Shown here: one piece after another, positions 1 to 9,721 of the stretch
How the letters are laid out: each line of letters begins with the position of its first letter
Numbering within the stretch: the stretch's first letter is position 1
Sequence record: DRR723986_15183
Length of the DNA: 35,606 nucleotides
Reading direction: 5' to 3' (one strand)
Notes under the pieces: generated by a model
Told to the model about the DNA's origin: nothing
What the model saw: the letters and a program-made list of their open reading frames with translations, nothing else
Database searches by the model: none
Position numbers and translations under genes: made by a program

Positions 1-22
1 CTAAAAAATGTCTTGGATTATT

Positions 23-1153
23 TCAAACCAATGCTCCAACAACTACCTCTTCAATAATAGATAGAGCGTAGTCGATTTCTTCCTTAGTGGTGTATCTACT
101 GAATGAGAAACGGGTATTGGGTCTGTTAGGGTCTGCGTTAATGCCTCTTAATACATGTGATCCAGTATTAGAACCTGAAGTACATGCCGAACCACCTGAG
201 CAGGCTACACCTTTTAAATCCAATAAAAACAACAGCATAGATTTGTTATCAAAATCCGGGAAACACACATTCAATACCGTGTACAAACTTTTGTCAGGAT
301 CGGTTTCACCGTGAAATCTAACATCCGGAACACGTTTGGTTAATTCATCCATCATGTAGGTTTTTAAACCTTGAACATGAGCAATATGTCCCTCAACGTC
401 ATCATTCGCTAATTCCATAGCCTTCGCCAATCCAGCAATTCCGATTAGGTTTTCTGTACCACCTCTTAACCCTCTTTCTTGTGCACCACCTTGAATTAAA
501 GGGGATACATTCAAGTCTTTATTGACATATAAAAATCCGATTCCTTTAGGCCCATGGAATTTATGCGCAGCGCACGTGATAAAATCAGCTCCAAACTCTT
601 GGACATCAATATTGTAATGCCCCATAGTTTGCACTGTATCAGAATGAAAAAATGCACTATTTGCTTTGCAAAGTCTACTTACCTCTTTATAATCTAGCAA
701 TGTTCCGATTTCGTTATTGGCGTGCATCAAAGACACCAAAGTTTTCTTATCCGATTGCAATAAAGTTTCTAAGTGATTCAAATCAACTTGACCTGTTTCT
801 GAAAGGTTGACATATTCCACGTCAACACCATCTAAGCATTCAATAGTATGTCCTACTGCGTGATGTTCAATGCGAGAAGAAATAATTCGAGTGACTCCAA
901 AATCCTTAACCGCACACATGATGGCCATGTTATCAGCTTCTGTTCCTCCTGATGTAAAAATGATTTCTTTAGGCTGCGCATTGATAATTTTACCAATTTC
1001 TCTTCTCGCAATCTCAATAATTGCTTTAGAGTCTCTACCAAAAGAGTGAATAGATGATGGATTACCAAAATTTTGAGACATCACCTGAGCCATTCTATCA
1101 ATTACTTCAGGCGCCATTGGCGTTGTAGCAGCGTTATCTAAATAAACTTTCAT
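23..1153 (-). CDS. iscS: Cysteine desulfurase, group I (IscS/NifS-like), PLP-dependent
   Basis: VYLDNAATTP N-terminus, FTSGGTEADN, HANNEIG, PLP-lysine motif AHKFHGPKG, RGGTEN, catalytic loop CSGGSACTS; 376 aa, no Isc genes adjacent in the window. Confidence 0.93.
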   Translation of the reverse strand: MKVYLDNAATTPMAPEVIDRMAQVMSQNFGNPSSIHSFGRDSKAIIEIARREIGKIINAQPKEIIFTSGGTEADNMAIMCAVKDFGVTRIISSRIEHHAVGHTIECLDGVDVEYVNLSETGQVDLNHLETLLQSDKKTLVSLMHANNEIGTLLDYKEVSRLCKANSAFFHSDTVQTMGHYNIDVQEFGADFITCAAHKFHGPKGIGFLYVNKDLNVSPLIQGGAQERGLRGGTENLIGIAGLAKAMELANDDVEGHIAHVQGLKTYMMDELTKRVPDVRFHGETDPDKSLYTVLNVCFPDFDNKSMLLFLLDLKGVACSGGSACTSGSNTGSHVLRGINADPNRPNTRFSFSRYTTKEEIDYALSIIEEVVVGALV

Positions 1154-1189
1154 CTAATCGTATTAATTATCTCCACATTGAGAAGCACA

Positions 1190-1197
1190 CAAAATTA
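1190..1197 (-). promoter_or_regulatory. Bacteroidota sigma-A -7 element (TAATTTTG) upstream of iscS
   Basis: caaaatta on + = TAATTTTG on -, matches TAnnTTTG; a TTG lies about 20 nt upstream (1218-1220). Confidence 0.6.
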
Positions 1198-1271
1198 ACC
1201 AAATAAGCTGATTTTACCAATGCTTTTCAAGGCAGATGAAGATTAAACAGAAAATAGGATTCCAAGAATAC

Positions 1272-2306
1272 TTAAAGGTCTTGCGGATGTACAAAGGTTC
1301 TGATATCCTGCAAGATTTTATCAAAAACATAGTATTGACCTACTACCAATTCACCATCATTGGTGATCACCCATAAACGATCACGGTCGTATTCAATCAA
1401 CTCATTGTTGAAGTCATACTTTTCGTAAACCATTTTCTTTTTATACGCAGATGCCGTTCTCACATTCCCTTTTTTATCGGTCACGGTCCAAACAAACCAA
1501 GGAGTAGTCTTTTTAATAGAATCTACAGAATATTCGTTTAGTAAATAGTTGTGCTGTTCAAAGTGTATTTTCTTAAAGGCAACGGTGAAAATTCTTGCGT
1601 TTGACGTATCAAATTTTGGAACTTCTTGACCTTCTCTAGTCATAGAAAACAAATTATCCCCTTCAAGATGTAATGTAAAACTGTACATGCTTGAATCTGG
1701 CCGCTGCACATCAATTGACGCTACGTTTGTTGGATCAATATTAAATACTCCTGTACATGCAAACTCCAATGGATTAGTAATGAATCTTACTTCAAGATTA
1801 CCATACATATTGGGTTGATACATGATAAACGGTTCAGGTGACTTTCCTTTCTCAGGATCCTTCAACAGCATGTAGGTTCCGTACTGATCTTGTGTTGGCT
1901 GACCAACGTACCAGGTTTTATTCAGCACACCATTAGTATAGATTTCAACTTTTCGGTGATGTGTTGTTAAGTTCTTGTTGACGGTTTCTAAGCTGCTTTT
2001 AGGAACCGGTGATTTTACCTTAATGTATTTAATAGTTCCCAGCATAGTATGTACTAAATGTTGTTGTACACATTCACCAGATTCTTGTGTCCAAGTTCCT
2101 CCATTTCGTATCAAGGTCACACCGGCGTTCCCTTCAGTATCTGTTAAGATCAATTTGTCAATAGATGCCGTATCCTCGATTGCAAAATCTGACAATGCCT
2201 CATCCGACATTTTTGAATTTGTATCACCCTCTGTTGATAATTTATATGCCCAGAATGCCAGCAAAACAACGGCAAGAAATATTACTACTAATCTAACTCT
2301 TCTCAT
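1272..2306 (-). CDS. DUF4340-like periplasmic protein with N-terminal membrane anchor, GldFG-associated
   Basis: Basic N-terminus plus one TM, then FAIEDTASIDKL and two similar beta-rich halves; directly downstream of gldG, a typical position for this family. Confidence 0.7.
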   Translation of the reverse strand: MRRVRLVVIFLAVVLLAFWAYKLSTEGDTNSKMSDEALSDFAIEDTASIDKLILTDTEGNAGVTLIRNGGTWTQESGECVQQHLVHTMLGTIKYIKVKSPVPKSSLETVNKNLTTHHRKVEIYTNGVLNKTWYVGQPTQDQYGTYMLLKDPEKGKSPEPFIMYQPNMYGNLEVRFITNPLEFACTGVFNIDPTNVASIDVQRPDSSMYSFTLHLEGDNLFSMTREGQEVPKFDTSNARIFTVAFKKIHFEQHNYLLNEYSVDSIKKTTPWFVWTVTDKKGNVRTASAYKKKMVYEKYDFNNELIEYDRDRLWVITNDGELVVGQYYVFDKILQDIRTFVHPQDL

Positions 2307-2323
2307 GCGCTCTAATTTGGGAT

Positions 2324-4096
2324 TTAAAGGTTATTCTTGGTTGCGTATTTTTTACGTCTGATAAACAATTGAATAATTGCCAACAACGTAATCAAGATTA
2401 ATGGAACCGCAATGTTTAAGAATTTCCAATACTCTTTTTCTTCAATCACTTTGGCTGTATCCAGCACGCGTAATGTTATCGTTTTGGTTCGTATATCAAT
2501 TAATGAAAAATCATCCAACATGTAGTCAACCGCGTTCAGCACGAAATCTTTATTTCCGTAAGCATACTTAGGAGTACCGTTCGGATTCTTCACTCCATAT
2601 ATATCATTATTGATCGGCATGAATTTATAGCGCCATTTATTCTCTAAAAATGCAGAATCCAACACTTCGTTTCTGATTATATCACCATCTGAAACCACTA
2701 ACATCTTAGTAGAATCACTTTTAAACTTGGTGACATAATCTGACGAGTTTAAGAATGTCTCTGAAATTCCTCTGTTTTCAAAAGATGAAGTGAACTTACC
2801 TTCAAGCATTACCGCTACTGGATAATCACCAGTTGTTCCATCATTGAATTTAGGCTCAACTTCAATAATTGAATAATTGATTCTTGCTGGTGATTTAAAA
2901 ATTCGAGAATTATAAGATGATCTTAGCAACACGGTTTTTGTCACATCAACGTCAGAACTATTGACAATTTCAATTGAACTGGCATACTCCGTTTTAATCG
3001 GGTCAATGTTTTTGGTGATTGGATGTACCTCTCTTTGGAGCGTAGGATAAAAGTACCAATCAACGGTTCCGAGCGGATGACCAGGAACATACAATGGCCC
3101 ACAATCTTTATCAATGATCATGTCGTTATTCAAACGCACACCATACTTGTAGATCATATCTTTTTCAATGTTCAAATTGGCAGACATTCCAAAAGTTTGA
3201 CCGGTTAAGTACAATGAATCACGATTCACTTCCATAGGGTCAACAAACCATAAAACACGGCCTCCATTCATAATGAATTGGTCGATAACGAATTTGTCTT
3301 TTTCAGAAAATCGTGTGGTAGGCTGCGCAATAATTAGGGCGTCTGAATTATCAAGGGCATGAATTTGTCCGTCAATGGTCACATCATCTACCAAATAATA
3401 TCTATTCAAACCATTTCTCACATCCATTGTTTCATGCGGATGTAATTCTCCATGACCACCTAAAAATGAAATGGTTTTTTTGTTGTTTGCTGTAACACGT
3501 CTTACCGCAGAGATCAATTGATATTCTAAATTATTGATGGTTCGATCGGCTAATCCTCTAATATTCTCACCGCTATAAATGACCTTTTTATCAAAGAATT
3601 GAATTTGATCTACAGTTGTGCCTTTGTACTCAATTAAAGCACCGGGCCAAATGGTTTTTAGCTCTGCTTTACCTGATTTTATGATCTCAATATCGCAAGG
3701 CACAATTCCTTCAGAGAAGATGTTTCTTTTGACCTGCATGTTGTAATCTTCATCATCTTCACCATCTGGATCTATGAACTCATATTGAATGTTATCGCCA
3801 GCGTAAACGATAAACTCATCTAGCTTTTCTTTAATGGCATTACGCACATTCATGATGTCTGCAGGCAAATCTCCTTCTAAATAAATCTTGAAAAAGATGC
3901 GGTCTTTGATTCTTGTCTCGTCCTGCAAAAGTGCAGCTGTGTTTTCTGATAGAGAGTGTCTTTTATCCTCCGTTAAATCAAATCTTCCGAAAGAAAAAGA
4001 CAGTACATAATTCAATAAAATGATGACTGCAATTACTCCAAGATGAGATGCTATATCTCCCGTTCTGCTATGTTTTTTCTTCTTAACCTCTTCCAT
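2324..4096 (-). CDS. gldG: Gliding-motility-associated ABC transporter auxiliary/substrate-binding protein GldG
   Basis: N-terminal TM, RFDLTEDKRHSLS, FLGGHGE, IDQFIMNGGRVLWFVDP, VVSDGD, GNKDFVLNAVDY, C-terminal TM ending RRKKY; ATG at 4096 (GTG 4099 is an alternative). Confidence 0.93.
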   Translation of the reverse strand: MEEVKKKKHSRTGDIASHLGVIAVIILLNYVLSFSFGRFDLTEDKRHSLSENTAALLQDETRIKDRIFFKIYLEGDLPADIMNVRNAIKEKLDEFIVYAGDNIQYEFIDPDGEDDEDYNMQVKRNIFSEGIVPCDIEIIKSGKAELKTIWPGALIEYKGTTVDQIQFFDKKVIYSGENIRGLADRTINNLEYQLISAVRRVTANNKKTISFLGGHGELHPHETMDVRNGLNRYYLVDDVTIDGQIHALDNSDALIIAQPTTRFSEKDKFVIDQFIMNGGRVLWFVDPMEVNRDSLYLTGQTFGMSANLNIEKDMIYKYGVRLNNDMIIDKDCGPLYVPGHPLGTVDWYFYPTLQREVHPITKNIDPIKTEYASSIEIVNSSDVDVTKTVLLRSSYNSRIFKSPARINYSIIEVEPKFNDGTTGDYPVAVMLEGKFTSSFENRGISETFLNSSDYVTKFKSDSTKMLVVSDGDIIRNEVLDSAFLENKWRYKFMPINNDIYGVKNPNGTPKYAYGNKDFVLNAVDYMLDDFSLIDIRTKTITLRVLDTAKVIEEKEYWKFLNIAVPLILITLLAIIQLFIRRKKYATKNNL

Positions 4097-4099
4097 CAC

Positions 4100-4831
4100 T
4101 TACCATTTTCTGGCTTGCAAAACAAGCTTTGTTAAGATTAAAAACACCAATGTAAAACTCAAGAAATACAGTAGATCTCTCGTGTCAAGTACACCTTTCT
4201 GAATACTCTCGTAATGCTCCATGATTCCGAGATTTCTGAAGACAATATCTAAACCACCAAATTGACTATAAACAGCCAACAAGTCCATCCCTAAAAATAA
4301 AAACCAGGACAAGAACATGGATAAAATGAAAGAAACAATTTGACTATTGGTAATGCTAGATGCGAAAATACCAACAGACACCAAACAGGCCCCCACTAAA
4401 AATAATCCGATATAAGAAGTCACTGTGGCCCCGTCATCAATAACACCAACGGGCTCACCTAACTGATGCACCGTGTAATAATAAATTAAGGTTGGTAGTA
4501 ATGAAATCAACACCAAAGTCACCCCCGCTAAGTATTTAGTGAGGATAATTGAAATATCAGAAATGGGTCTTGTAAACAACAATTCTATGGTACCTGTTCT
4601 TTTTTCTTCTGAAAATGAGCGCATAGTGATGGCCGGTATCAGAATTATAAAGATGATGGGGCTGATACTGAAAAACGGAAATAGATCGGCTGTACCACCA
4701 TCAAGTATGTTTGTTTCATAAGAGAACACCCATAAAAACAGAGAATTCAGCACCAAAAATATGGCGATAAAAATATAGCCAATGATGGAACTTAAAAAAC
4801 TTCTTATTTCTTTTAAATAAAGTGCTTTCAT
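4100..4831 (-). CDS. gldF: Gliding-motility-associated ABC transporter permease GldF
   Basis: MKALYLKEIRSFLSS, IPAITMRSFSEEKRTGTIELLFTRP, about six TMs, GVLDTRDLLYF; abuts gldG. Confidence 0.95.
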   Translation of the reverse strand: MKALYLKEIRSFLSSIIGYIFIAIFLVLNSLFLWVFSYETNILDGGTADLFPFFSISPIIFIILIPAITMRSFSEEKRTGTIELLFTRPISDISIILTKYLAGVTLVLISLLPTLIYYYTVHQLGEPVGVIDDGATVTSYIGLFLVGACLVSVGIFASSITNSQIVSFILSMFLSWFLFLGMDLLAVYSQFGGLDIVFRNLGIMEHYESIQKGVLDTRDLLYFLSFTLVFLILTKLVLQARKW

Positions 4832-4861
4832 GATTTAGGCAGGCGACTTAATTCCTGAATT

Positions 4862-4869
4862 CAAAATTA
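4862..4869 (-). promoter_or_regulatory. -7 element (TAATTTTG) of gldF operon; second identical copy at 4904-4911
   Basis: caaaatta on + at 4862-4869 and 4904-4911, both matching TAnnTTTG on the gldF strand. Confidence 0.55.
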
Positions 4870-5115
4870 GTATTTATCATTTCTCTACCAATCTAATTCC
4901 CATCAAAATTATTAATAATTAAATGTGTCTAAGTACTTTTTTTGCGCTCAGATTAAACCATTTTGAATTTTGATGGTCAAAGAAATATCGGCACACATTT
5001 TGCTACATGATAATAAGACAAAATGAGTGACATGTTACAGATCTTGAAAATGTTTGATGAATCACTTTCATTTTCAATGATTTAACCATAAATTGTAAAC
5101 CAAAATAAATAAGCT

Positions 5116-5538
5116 ATGAAATCATTTAAACTATTTACTTTAAGTCTTGCTCTAATTATTGGAGCAGCCTCTTTTGCTGGTACTGCGGCACGTTCATCAA
5201 AAAACATGCAACCAAAAGATTGGGAAAAATTAGGATCAAGAGTTGTGAATATGCAAGCAGATCATGATGAAATTCCAGTTACGATTAAGGACGGAATTTT
5301 CACGAAAGTGAGATTGAAAATCATGAAGGCGCCAATACATCTAATGAACATCAACATTGTTTTTGGCAATGGCGAAAATAAAAATGTGGTATTCAACAAG
5401 AAATTTGCTCCGGGTAGTTTTACAAGAATTATTGATTTACCTGGAAATAAAAGAATTATCAAAAAAGTGAAATTGAACTACAAATCTGTTCCAAGTGGAT
5501 CAGGTAGAGCGGTTATTTCCTTATTTGGTAAGCACTAA
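5116..5538 (+). CDS. Small secreted basic beta-sandwich protein, DUF2541-like
   Basis: Signal peptide (MKSFK...ASFA), WEKLGSRVV-DHDEI, FGNG, RIIDLPGNKRII, C-terminal LFG pattern; A-rich leader. Confidence 0.7.
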   Translation: MKSFKLFTLSLALIIGAASFAGTAARSSKNMQPKDWEKLGSRVVNMQADHDEIPVTIKDGIFTKVRLKIMKAPIHLMNINIVFGNGENKNVVFNKKFAPGSFTRIIDLPGNKRIIKKVKLNYKSVPSGSGRAVISLFGKH

Positions 5539-5561
5539 ATTTAGATTAACAACAAACGCTG

Positions 5562-5601
5562 AAACTCCTGCCTTTCTTTGAAAGGTGGGAGTTTTTTTTT
5601 T
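5562..5601 (+). terminator. Intrinsic terminator between convergent DUF2541-like gene and mscS
   Basis: AAACTCCTGCCTTTC-TTT-GAAAGGTGGGAGTTT, 15-bp stem with two G-U pairs, followed by a T run 5592-5601; weaker on the - strand. Confidence 0.85.
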
Positions 5602-6805
5602 ACTTTATCGCTTGATGATAAACTGTTTGAGTTGGGAATGCCATCTCCAATCCTTTTTCTCCAAACTGTTTTAAAATATCTAGATTGATAGTCGTTGCAG
5701 TATCCACGTTATCCGCCTCTTTTTTGATGTAGTAGATGAACATGATACCTAAGGCAAAATCACCAAAAGAGTTGAAACCAACAACGATATCTTCTTCAAT
5801 AATATCAGAATGACTTTTAGCAATATCTCTGAGTGTTTGCATGGCCAATTCCATTTGTTCAGCTGTCATGTCATAAGTCAATCCTAAGTTTAAAACAACT
5901 TTACGAGAAGGTTCTAAATCTACATTTTCAACAGCATCATCAGAGAACATAGAGTTAGGCACGGTTACGATTCTACCCGCTAAAGTTTCTACTCTTGTAC
6001 TTCTAATTCCAATTTCTTTTACCGTACCATCAATACTTCCAATTTGAATTCGATCCCCAATTTGGAAGGGTTTATCAGCAAAAATCATGATACCTCCGAA
6101 GAAGTTTTTCACAGTATCTTGCGCAGCTAAAGCAAAGGCTAAACCACCGATTCCTAGACCCGCGATAATCGCACCTACATCATATCCGGCATTATTTAAT
6201 CCTACTACAATACCAAGCGACCAAATGATTACTTTCATTCCTTTTCTGAACAAAGGCAGCAACTGATCGTCCAAATCAGATTTAGATTTTTCAGTGATCG
6301 GAACTATGTATTCTTCAATTAATGCATCTAGCAAACGAACAATTAGCCAGGTGATGTTTACAATTAGTAAGAATCCAAAAATGTGGTGAACAAAATTCTC
6401 CCAGTAAGGATATTCTATAAACGGCTTTGTAATTCCACCGACAGACTCTAAGGTAGTGTCATACTTAGTCACATTAGCTAAATGCTCTGGACTAGGAGAA
6501 ACGCCATAATTCCCAGTGTAGATGTCGACATATTCTTCAGGTGTCAGTTTAGAAATCCCAAAATTCAGTCGATTAATCGCATACCAACAAGCTCCTAAAA
6601 TTGCTCCAAAAATTACTGGCTCTTCAACTTTATCAATGATGATATCATCAAGATTCGTTTTCGTTTTAGCGGTAATTTTTTTAAGAATATTACTTGACAC
6701 CCAATACAATAATTTACCAGCAATTATTGATCCTAGAATAATCCCTAAGACAATTAAATATTCAAGTAAAGTATTTCCGTAATACGTTTTTTCCCAAAAT
6801 GACAT
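5600..6805 (-). CDS. Small-conductance mechanosensitive channel, MscS family (YnaI-like, extra N-terminal TMs)
   Basis: GAIIAGLGIGGLAFALAAQDTVKNFFGG, DKPFQIGDRI, GTVKEIGIRSTR, VTVPNS, AFPTQT; ATG 6805 preferred over TTG 6814 given the promoter position. Confidence 0.92.
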   Translation of the reverse strand: MSFWEKTYYGNTLLEYLIVLGIILGSIIAGKLLYWVSSNILKKITAKTKTNLDDIIIDKVEEPVIFGAILGACWYAINRLNFGISKLTPEEYVDIYTGNYGVSPSPEHLANVTKYDTTLESVGGITKPFIEYPYWENFVHHIFGFLLIVNITWLIVRLLDALIEEYIVPITEKSKSDLDDQLLPLFRKGMKVIIWSLGIVVGLNNAGYDVGAIIAGLGIGGLAFALAAQDTVKNFFGGIMIFADKPFQIGDRIQIGSIDGTVKEIGIRSTRVETLAGRIVTVPNSMFSDDAVENVDLEPSRKVVLNLGLTYDMTAEQMELAMQTLRDIAKSHSDIIEEDIVVGFNSFGDFALGIMFIYYIKKEADNVDTATTINLDILKQFGEKGLEMAFPTQTVYHQAIK

Positions 6806-6821
6806 AACGAGCAATTTTTTG

Positions 6822-6829
6822 CAAAGCTA
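6822..6829 (-). promoter_or_regulatory. -7 element (TAGCTTTG) of mscS
   Basis: caaagcta on +, 16 nt upstream of the ATG at 6805. Confidence 0.65.
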
Positions 6830-6918
6830 AAATTTTGGAAGGAAAAGAGAAAAAGCTGCGGGGATATTTTGAAAATCAGACGAATAATAGCTCTTTATTC
6901 ATCATTGGATTAATGAAA

Positions 6919-9240
6919 TCAATTTGATTCACGACATTTTTCACAAAACAATTCTGCCACTTCTGGAATATCGAGTGCTCTTACTCCCATTTGATTCCAT
7001 CTGAACAAATCGCAAAATTCTTCAGGATTATTATTGGCTAAACTCTTGAAAACGTTTCTAATTTTTTTCCACTCTTTTTTATTCTCAAATTGCCCTAAGA
7101 AATAGCCCAACTTCAAATATTGCTTGTATAATTTCGGCAACTGCCCTGGTCGTTTCGCATATTTTGAGAGTAAAATATAAGGCTCGGCAGTGTATCCCCA
7201 ATCAATTAGATACTGGCAAATGAAATACGTTTTTTTCAAATCAAACTTACTGACCAAGGTTGTCTTTAACAGGATAGGAACAGCCATTTTATCTGAGTAT
7301 CTCAAGTTTTGCACTCCCATAATCAGCTCAAGACATTCAATCCAGGCTTTTTGACGCTTTCCTCTTATCTGTGCATGTACTTCTCCAAAATCAGCAACAT
7401 CTATGGCTTCATTATCATTAAAAATATTGAACATGAGGCGATATTCTAAAAAGCTAGCATCAGATTCAATGGCTCCAATTTTTGCAAGACGGTTGAGTTG
7501 CTCGTAATCCACGACTTTGTCTTCAACATTAAGTCTAAAAATGAAATCATACCAATTCAACTTTCCAAATTCAGTAGTTTCTGGTATGTTCAAATTCAGC
7601 ATTGAATCTTTTTGAGCATCTTGACCATCAAAGATTTTATGTGCGATCAGTTCATACAATGGAATCAACTCTCGGTGATTTTTAGCATTGATTAAATCTT
7701 GTAATCTCAAAACAGATAAACCGTACTGCCCTTCAACTAATGGAAAAGCATCTTCATAAGTAACCACTATTGAAGAGTATCTTGAATCGTCTAAAACTTG
7801 CATAATTCTAGCGTCTTTTATGTTTTTGTTAGCATACATTCTCAAGCTGTCCTCAGACATATTAAAAGCCTCTTTTACCCCAATATTTACCAAACCAGAT
7901 CTGAAGTCATCAAAGTTTTCATAAAATTCACTTTCCAATTTTAGATCGGGATAATACTGCTTGAGATAAGTTTCAATAATTGCCCCTCTCCGTTTAAACA
8001 ATAATTGATTGCCTTCTTCTGTTCCTTCAATAGAGGCCACACCGTTAAAATAGATGTGTTTGATTTTAAAGTTGTTCTTCACAAGACTGTCCAAGGCATG
8101 AACTAAGGGTCTAAAAATTGAAGTGTCTTGATCAGTTTGACCACTAGCAAATGGAATCTTGACATCCACCGAATCGGTAATCAAAATTTCTTTTTCAAAA
8201 ATTACCGGTTGTGGAATTTCTAGATATTCAGTTGGTGCTAAGAAATCAGGGTTTACATAAATGGTCATTCCATGCAAACAAGGCTTCCATCTTTTCATCA
8301 TGTTAAAGTCCACCTGAAAAAAGGTATCTACGAAAGCTGGCTTTTGACCAACATAAATTTTTAGCATGTTCGGAGAAGGATCCAAATCTTTACTTAATGA
8401 TTGCTTGGTGATATAACCTATGTAGTATCCGTCATGATACAATGAATTATGAAAGCTCGGGTTGCCCGAGCAATTATACTGTTCTTGATGGATAACATCT
8501 ACGGCAATAGCACCTCTTGCACTAAAAATCTTTTTAAAATTATTCTTTTTACCCCCGATAAAATCAGAATTAAGGTAATAGATAGAGTCGTTTGAAACGG
8601 TATACCAGCCCATATGCGCCTGATCTTTATAAATCTTCTTTTTAACGCGTTTACAATTACCACATTCGCTTTTGTTTTTCACAAACAACTTGTCTCCTTT
8701 GGTATATTCGTACTTATCATCAAAGGCGGTTGAAGCGAGTAGTTGAACGCAAAACAGCACCCCATCTTTAATAGTATATGTATGTGTAACACCATTAAAA
8801 GCTGGGTTCATCATGTTTTTGTAATGCCCACTTGATTTTTTCCAATTCGCCACCAATTCTTTAGCCAATTTTTCATAGGTCAATCTGTTTTTCGATTTTT
8901 CGATTTTGTAATTGATTGGAACTAATTGAATGTTTTCTCCTACCGCCGAATGAGCACCATCATAATATTTTACCCGATCCATAGGTGCGTTTTTCAACTT
9001 ACTCTTTTGTGCATGCGATAAGACATTATTTTCTGCCATATAATCGGCATGATCTTGTGCTGCTTTGTCTAATGAACGATCAACAACTAGGGTATCTACT
9101 TTATTACGAATCCTTAATTTATTGACCTCGTTGAGCACATATTTATTGAATAATTCTACATCAAAACTGTTTGTATCCAAGAGTTCCTGAGCTTTACTCA
9201 GGTTTGGGAGCATGAACAATATGATGATGAAATATCTCAC
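6919..9240 (-). CDS. Exported multidomain protein: CAP/SCP domain, Cys-containing middle region, OmpA-like domain, helical C-terminus
   Basis: Signal peptide; CAP motifs VNKLR, AAQDHADYM, GENI, WKKSSGHYKNMM; OmpA-C-like IPFASG..GVASIEG..NQLLFKRRGAIIETYL; GTG start overlapping the upstream stop by 4 nt. Confidence 0.78.
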   Translation of the reverse strand: MRYFIIILFMLPNLSKAQELLDTNSFDVELFNKYVLNEVNKLRIRNKVDTLVVDRSLDKAAQDHADYMAENNVLSHAQKSKLKNAPMDRVKYYDGAHSAVGENIQLVPINYKIEKSKNRLTYEKLAKELVANWKKSSGHYKNMMNPAFNGVTHTYTIKDGVLFCVQLLASTAFDDKYEYTKGDKLFVKNKSECGNCKRVKKKIYKDQAHMGWYTVSNDSIYYLNSDFIGGKKNNFKKIFSARGAIAVDVIHQEQYNCSGNPSFHNSLYHDGYYIGYITKQSLSKDLDPSPNMLKIYVGQKPAFVDTFFQVDFNMMKRWKPCLHGMTIYVNPDFLAPTEYLEIPQPVIFEKEILITDSVDVKIPFASGQTDQDTSIFRPLVHALDSLVKNNFKIKHIYFNGVASIEGTEEGNQLLFKRRGAIIETYLKQYYPDLKLESEFYENFDDFRSGLVNIGVKEAFNMSEDSLRMYANKNIKDARIMQVLDDSRYSSIVVTYEDAFPLVEGQYGLSVLRLQDLINAKNHRELIPLYELIAHKIFDGQDAQKDSMLNLNIPETTEFGKLNWYDFIFRLNVEDKVVDYEQLNRLAKIGAIESDASFLEYRLMFNIFNDNEAIDVADFGEVHAQIRGKRQKAWIECLELIMGVQNLRYSDKMAVPILLKTTLVSKFDLKKTYFICQYLIDWGYTAEPYILLSKYAKRPGQLPKLYKQYLKLGYFLGQFENKKEWKKIRNVFKSLANNNPEEFCDLFRWNQMGVRALDIPEVAELFCEKCRESN

Positions 9241-9719
9241 AATACTTGTAATAAATTTTTATGCCATGACTGCCCCACTGTTGTTCGCCAGTTCTCATCT
9301 AAATCGGCTACGGTTTCAACCAAATTATTGTATACGGTGGTTTGTCTTGTGATGGTGTCTGAACTCATCAAATTTTTGAACTCTAACATAGAAACCAGCT
9401 TGATTTCTGTTGATGGTTCTTCGTAAGCAATATTGAGTCGATTAAAAAAATCAACATTTAAATTTACGCCTAACTCTTTAATTTTTCTCGTCAATGCATC
9501 AATCGAACAACCAGAAGTTGGACTTTTAGATTCATCAGCACCGACCATTACAAACAGGTCGTTTTGAATGCTAAAGTCACCATATAATTCATTGCCATGA
9601 GATGCCCAACCCTGCATGAAATCTTTCAATTCTGCTGTGATCTTTGCAGACTCTTCTGCGTTCAAGAAACGATCTGCTTGAAAAATCCAAAGTCTAGAAT
9701 GAGGCGCTAAGTTCAACAT
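9237..9719 (-). CDS. Conserved Bacteroidota hypothetical protein (WxxHG / SGCSID motifs)
   Basis: SRLWIFQADR, WASHG, DES..SGCSID, FFNRL, VYNNLV, SWH; no Walker A/B motifs. Confidence 0.75.
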   Translation of the reverse strand: MLNLAPHSRLWIFQADRFLNAEESAKITAELKDFMQGWASHGNELYGDFSIQNDLFVMVGADESKSPTSGCSIDALTRKIKELGVNLNVDFFNRLNIAYEEPSTEIKLVSMLEFKNLMSSDTITRQTTVYNNLVETVADLDENWRTTVGQSWHKNLLQVL

Positions 9720-9721
9720 AA

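Noticed and set aside
4907..4920. Perfect palindrome AATTATTAATAATT
   Set aside because: A/T only, low information in this base composition, and no second copy seen
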